From assembly GCA_902756775.1 (NCBI GenBank), contig CACVSR010000001.1, forward strand, positions 1 to 50,018: 50,018 nt of DNA. Direction: 5' to 3'. Positions 47,996 through 50,018 of this stretch are shown piece by piece. The translations under genes were made by a program, and so were the position numbers. The notes under the pieces were generated by a model. That model made no database searches and was not told the origin of the DNA. It worked only from the letters and a program-made list of their open reading frames with translations. The stretch comes from an uncultured Lachnospiraceae bacterium (GTDB lineage: Bacteria; Bacillota; Clostridia; Lachnospirales; Lachnospiraceae). Numbering within the stretch: the stretch's first letter is position 1; each line of letters starts with the position of its first letter.

Positions 47996-49657
47996 ATGAG
48001 CGATTTACTGAAATTTATCACCTGCGGAAGCGTGGACGACGGAAAATCAACGCTGATCGGACACCTTCTGTACGACGCGAAGCTGATTTACGCGGATCAG
48101 GAAGAAGCCCTGAAGCTGGACTCCAAAGCCGGAAGCCGCGGCGGTGCCATCGATTATTCTCTGCTTCTGGACGGGCTTTCGGCGGAAAGGGAACAGGGAA
48201 TTACCATAGATGTGGCATACCGGTATTTTACAACAGACCGCAGAAGCTTTATCTGCGCGGACACTCCCGGACACGAGGAATATACCAGAAACATGGCCTG
48301 TGGAGCTTCCTTTGCGGATCTGGCGGTCATCCTGATTGATGCGACAAAGGGAGTGCTGACCCAGACCAGAAGGCACGCGCGCATCTGCGCCCTGATGGGA
48401 ATCCGTTACTTTGTTTTTGCCGTCAACAAAATGGATCTGACCGGCTACAGTGAGCAGAGATTCCGGGAAATTGAAGAGCAGATTGAAGAGCTGAAACAGG
48501 AGATCGGACTTTACAGCACCGTTATTATTCCCGTTTCCGCCACCGAGGGAGACAACATCACCAGTCGCTCGGAACAGATCGGCTGGTATCATGGGCCGGT
48601 GCTTCTTGATTATCTGGAGACGGTAAACACAGGAGAAGCCAATGAAAACGAAAATGGCTTTTATCTTCCCGTTCAGCGAGTCTGCCGTCCCAATCATGAG
48701 TTCCGGGGCTTTCAGGGACAGGTGGAGAGCGGAACCGTCCGGAAGGGAGACAAGATTCATGTTCTGCCAAGCGGGGAGACCGCCCATGTCCGCAGTAACC
48801 TGGTGGCGGACCGCCAGTCTGACTGTGCTGTAAAGGGACAGCCGGTTACTCTCCAGCTGGACCGGGAGGTGGATATCTCCAGAGGATGCGTCATAGAATC
48901 CGGTACCAGCCTTTCCGCTTCGGATTCCTTTGAGACCGAACTGCTCTGGATGGATGACACTGAGCTTTCCCTTGGAAAAAATTTTCTGGTAAAAACCGGT
49001 ACAAAGCTGATTCCCGGCATTGTGACTGAAATCCGCTATAAAATTGATATTAACACGGGAGAGAAACTGGAAACCGATGTACTGAAGAAAAATGAAATTG
49101 CCGTGGTTTCCATCGCCGTCACAGAACCGGTCATTGTATCTGAATTTGAAAAATACCGGGTTCCCGGAGAGCTGATCCTGATTGACCGCATTACCAATAT
49201 GACTTCCGCGTGCGGCATAATTACCAGGGTACAGAAAAATTCCGCCGTAAAACACCGCTCTGCAGACCGGATTGCCAGAAGCGCACTTAACTGGCAGACC
49301 CCGTACATCATAGAGTTCCGTCCCACAGATGACGGCCTGTCAGACGCTGTGATCGAGGAAGCGGAATACCGGCTGGTAAATAACGGCAGACACACCTATC
49401 TGTACCGTCCGGAGCCTGGAGAGGATTATGTCCGTGTGGTAAGGTATCTGTATGACGCGGGTCTGATTGTACTGCTTGTTCTGGCTCATCAGGAGGAGAC
49501 AGACGAAAGGCTTTTATCCGATGAACATTACAAAACCTGGAAAACACTCTCCGGAGATCTGCCGGATAACCAGATATCCTCTGAGACTGTCTCCGACAAA
49601 ATTTTCAAACTGACCAATGCCGGACTTGCCATGGAAAACAACAACTGGATCATATGA
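47996..49657 (+). CDS. cysN: Sulfate adenylyltransferase subunit 1 (GTPase) with degenerate APS-kinase-like tail
   Basis: CGSVDDGKSTLIG, EREQGITIDVAYRYF, DTPGH, NKMD and LIDR.TN.T motifs. Confidence 0.95.
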   Translation: MSDLLKFITCGSVDDGKSTLIGHLLYDAKLIYADQEEALKLDSKAGSRGGAIDYSLLLDGLSAEREQGITIDVAYRYFTTDRRSFICADTPGHEEYTRNMACGASFADLAVILIDATKGVLTQTRRHARICALMGIRYFVFAVNKMDLTGYSEQRFREIEEQIEELKQEIGLYSTVIIPVSATEGDNITSRSEQIGWYHGPVLLDYLETVNTGEANENENGFYLPVQRVCRPNHEFRGFQGQVESGTVRKGDKIHVLPSGETAHVRSNLVADRQSDCAVKGQPVTLQLDREVDISRGCVIESGTSLSASDSFETELLWMDDTELSLGKNFLVKTGTKLIPGIVTEIRYKIDINTGEKLETDVLKKNEIAVVSIAVTEPVIVSEFEKYRVPGELILIDRITNMTSACGIITRVQKNSAVKHRSADRIARSALNWQTPYIIEFRPTDDGLSDAVIEEAEYRLVNNGRHTYLYRPEPGEDYVRVVRYLYDAGLIVLLVLAHQEETDERLLSDEHYKTWKTLSGDLPDNQISSETVSDKIFKLTNAGLAMENNNWII

Positions 49658-49699
49658 CAATATAATATTTTTCATGGAGTGCATTGGAACACTAATGTT

Positions 49700-49737
49700 A
49701 GAGCAGGGGCTTTGCAGGAGCTTCTGCTCTGTTTTTT
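49700..49737 (+). terminator. Intrinsic terminator after cysN
   Basis: AGAGCAGGGGCT...AGCTTCTGCTCT-GTTTTTT. Confidence 0.75.
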
Positions 49738-49879
49738 ATGGGAGAAAAAATCTTTTTAACACGAATAGGAACCCTGCTTCGGCATAATGCATGGAACGAT
49801 ATTTTATGCTAGTATTAAGTTTAGGAAAATTATCCTGATAATTTGTTTTATTATCAATTTCTGAGGGAGGTGATTCTGT

Positions 49880-50018
49880 ATGAAAAAATTTTTTTCGAAA
49901 AAAAGCAGGGTTGTATTTTGCATCTGGGCATTCATTGGAATTCTTCTCTTAATCCTTATATCTCAGTTTGAAGGAACTTTTTTGCAGGGAACCATAGGAA
50001 AGATGGTTATCCTTTACA
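49880..50018 (+). CDS. Hypothetical membrane protein, 5' end (partial)
   Basis: GGGAGGTGA RBS; MKKFFSKKSRVVFCIWAFIGILLLILISQ... stays open to the window end; AT-rich. Confidence 0.55.
   Translation, partial: MKKFFSKKSRVVFCIWAFIGILLLILISQFEGTFLQGTIGKMVILY

Overview
Chromosomal window from a Lachnospiraceae-like Clostridia (Bacillota) genome, judged from gene order and protein style. All ~46 supported genes lie on the + strand. The window starts with a housekeeping block: Nif3 3' end, a nucleoside-kinase fusion, RNase P RNA, maf, pyrBI, folC, pheA, ppx-ppk1, ilvN-ilvC, leuCD, ygiQ and glpP. Next comes an accessory block (19.3-27.3 kb) with a BMP/CUT2-type nucleoside ABC importer, a monomethylamine methyltransferase (MtmB) homolog that has Leu instead of pyrrolysine, and a GH13 enzyme. 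A cell-shape/division block follows (radC, mreBCD, pbp2, rodA, dac, yggS, sepF, aroB, lspA, rluD-like), with no minCDE. The window ends with a sulfur block: a CHR-family transporter, AprA/AprB-like APS reductase, CysD, and CysN carrying a decayed APS-kinase tail. The best candidate for an undescribed system is the nucleoside-type ABC importer plus non-pyrrolysine MtmB, possibly for anaerobic demethylation of N-methylated purines or nucleosides. Second is CHR-fed, AprAB-based sulfate assimilation. I saw no CRISPR array, tRNA, rRNA, transposase or integrase. All calls come from motif recognition by eye, with no database searches.
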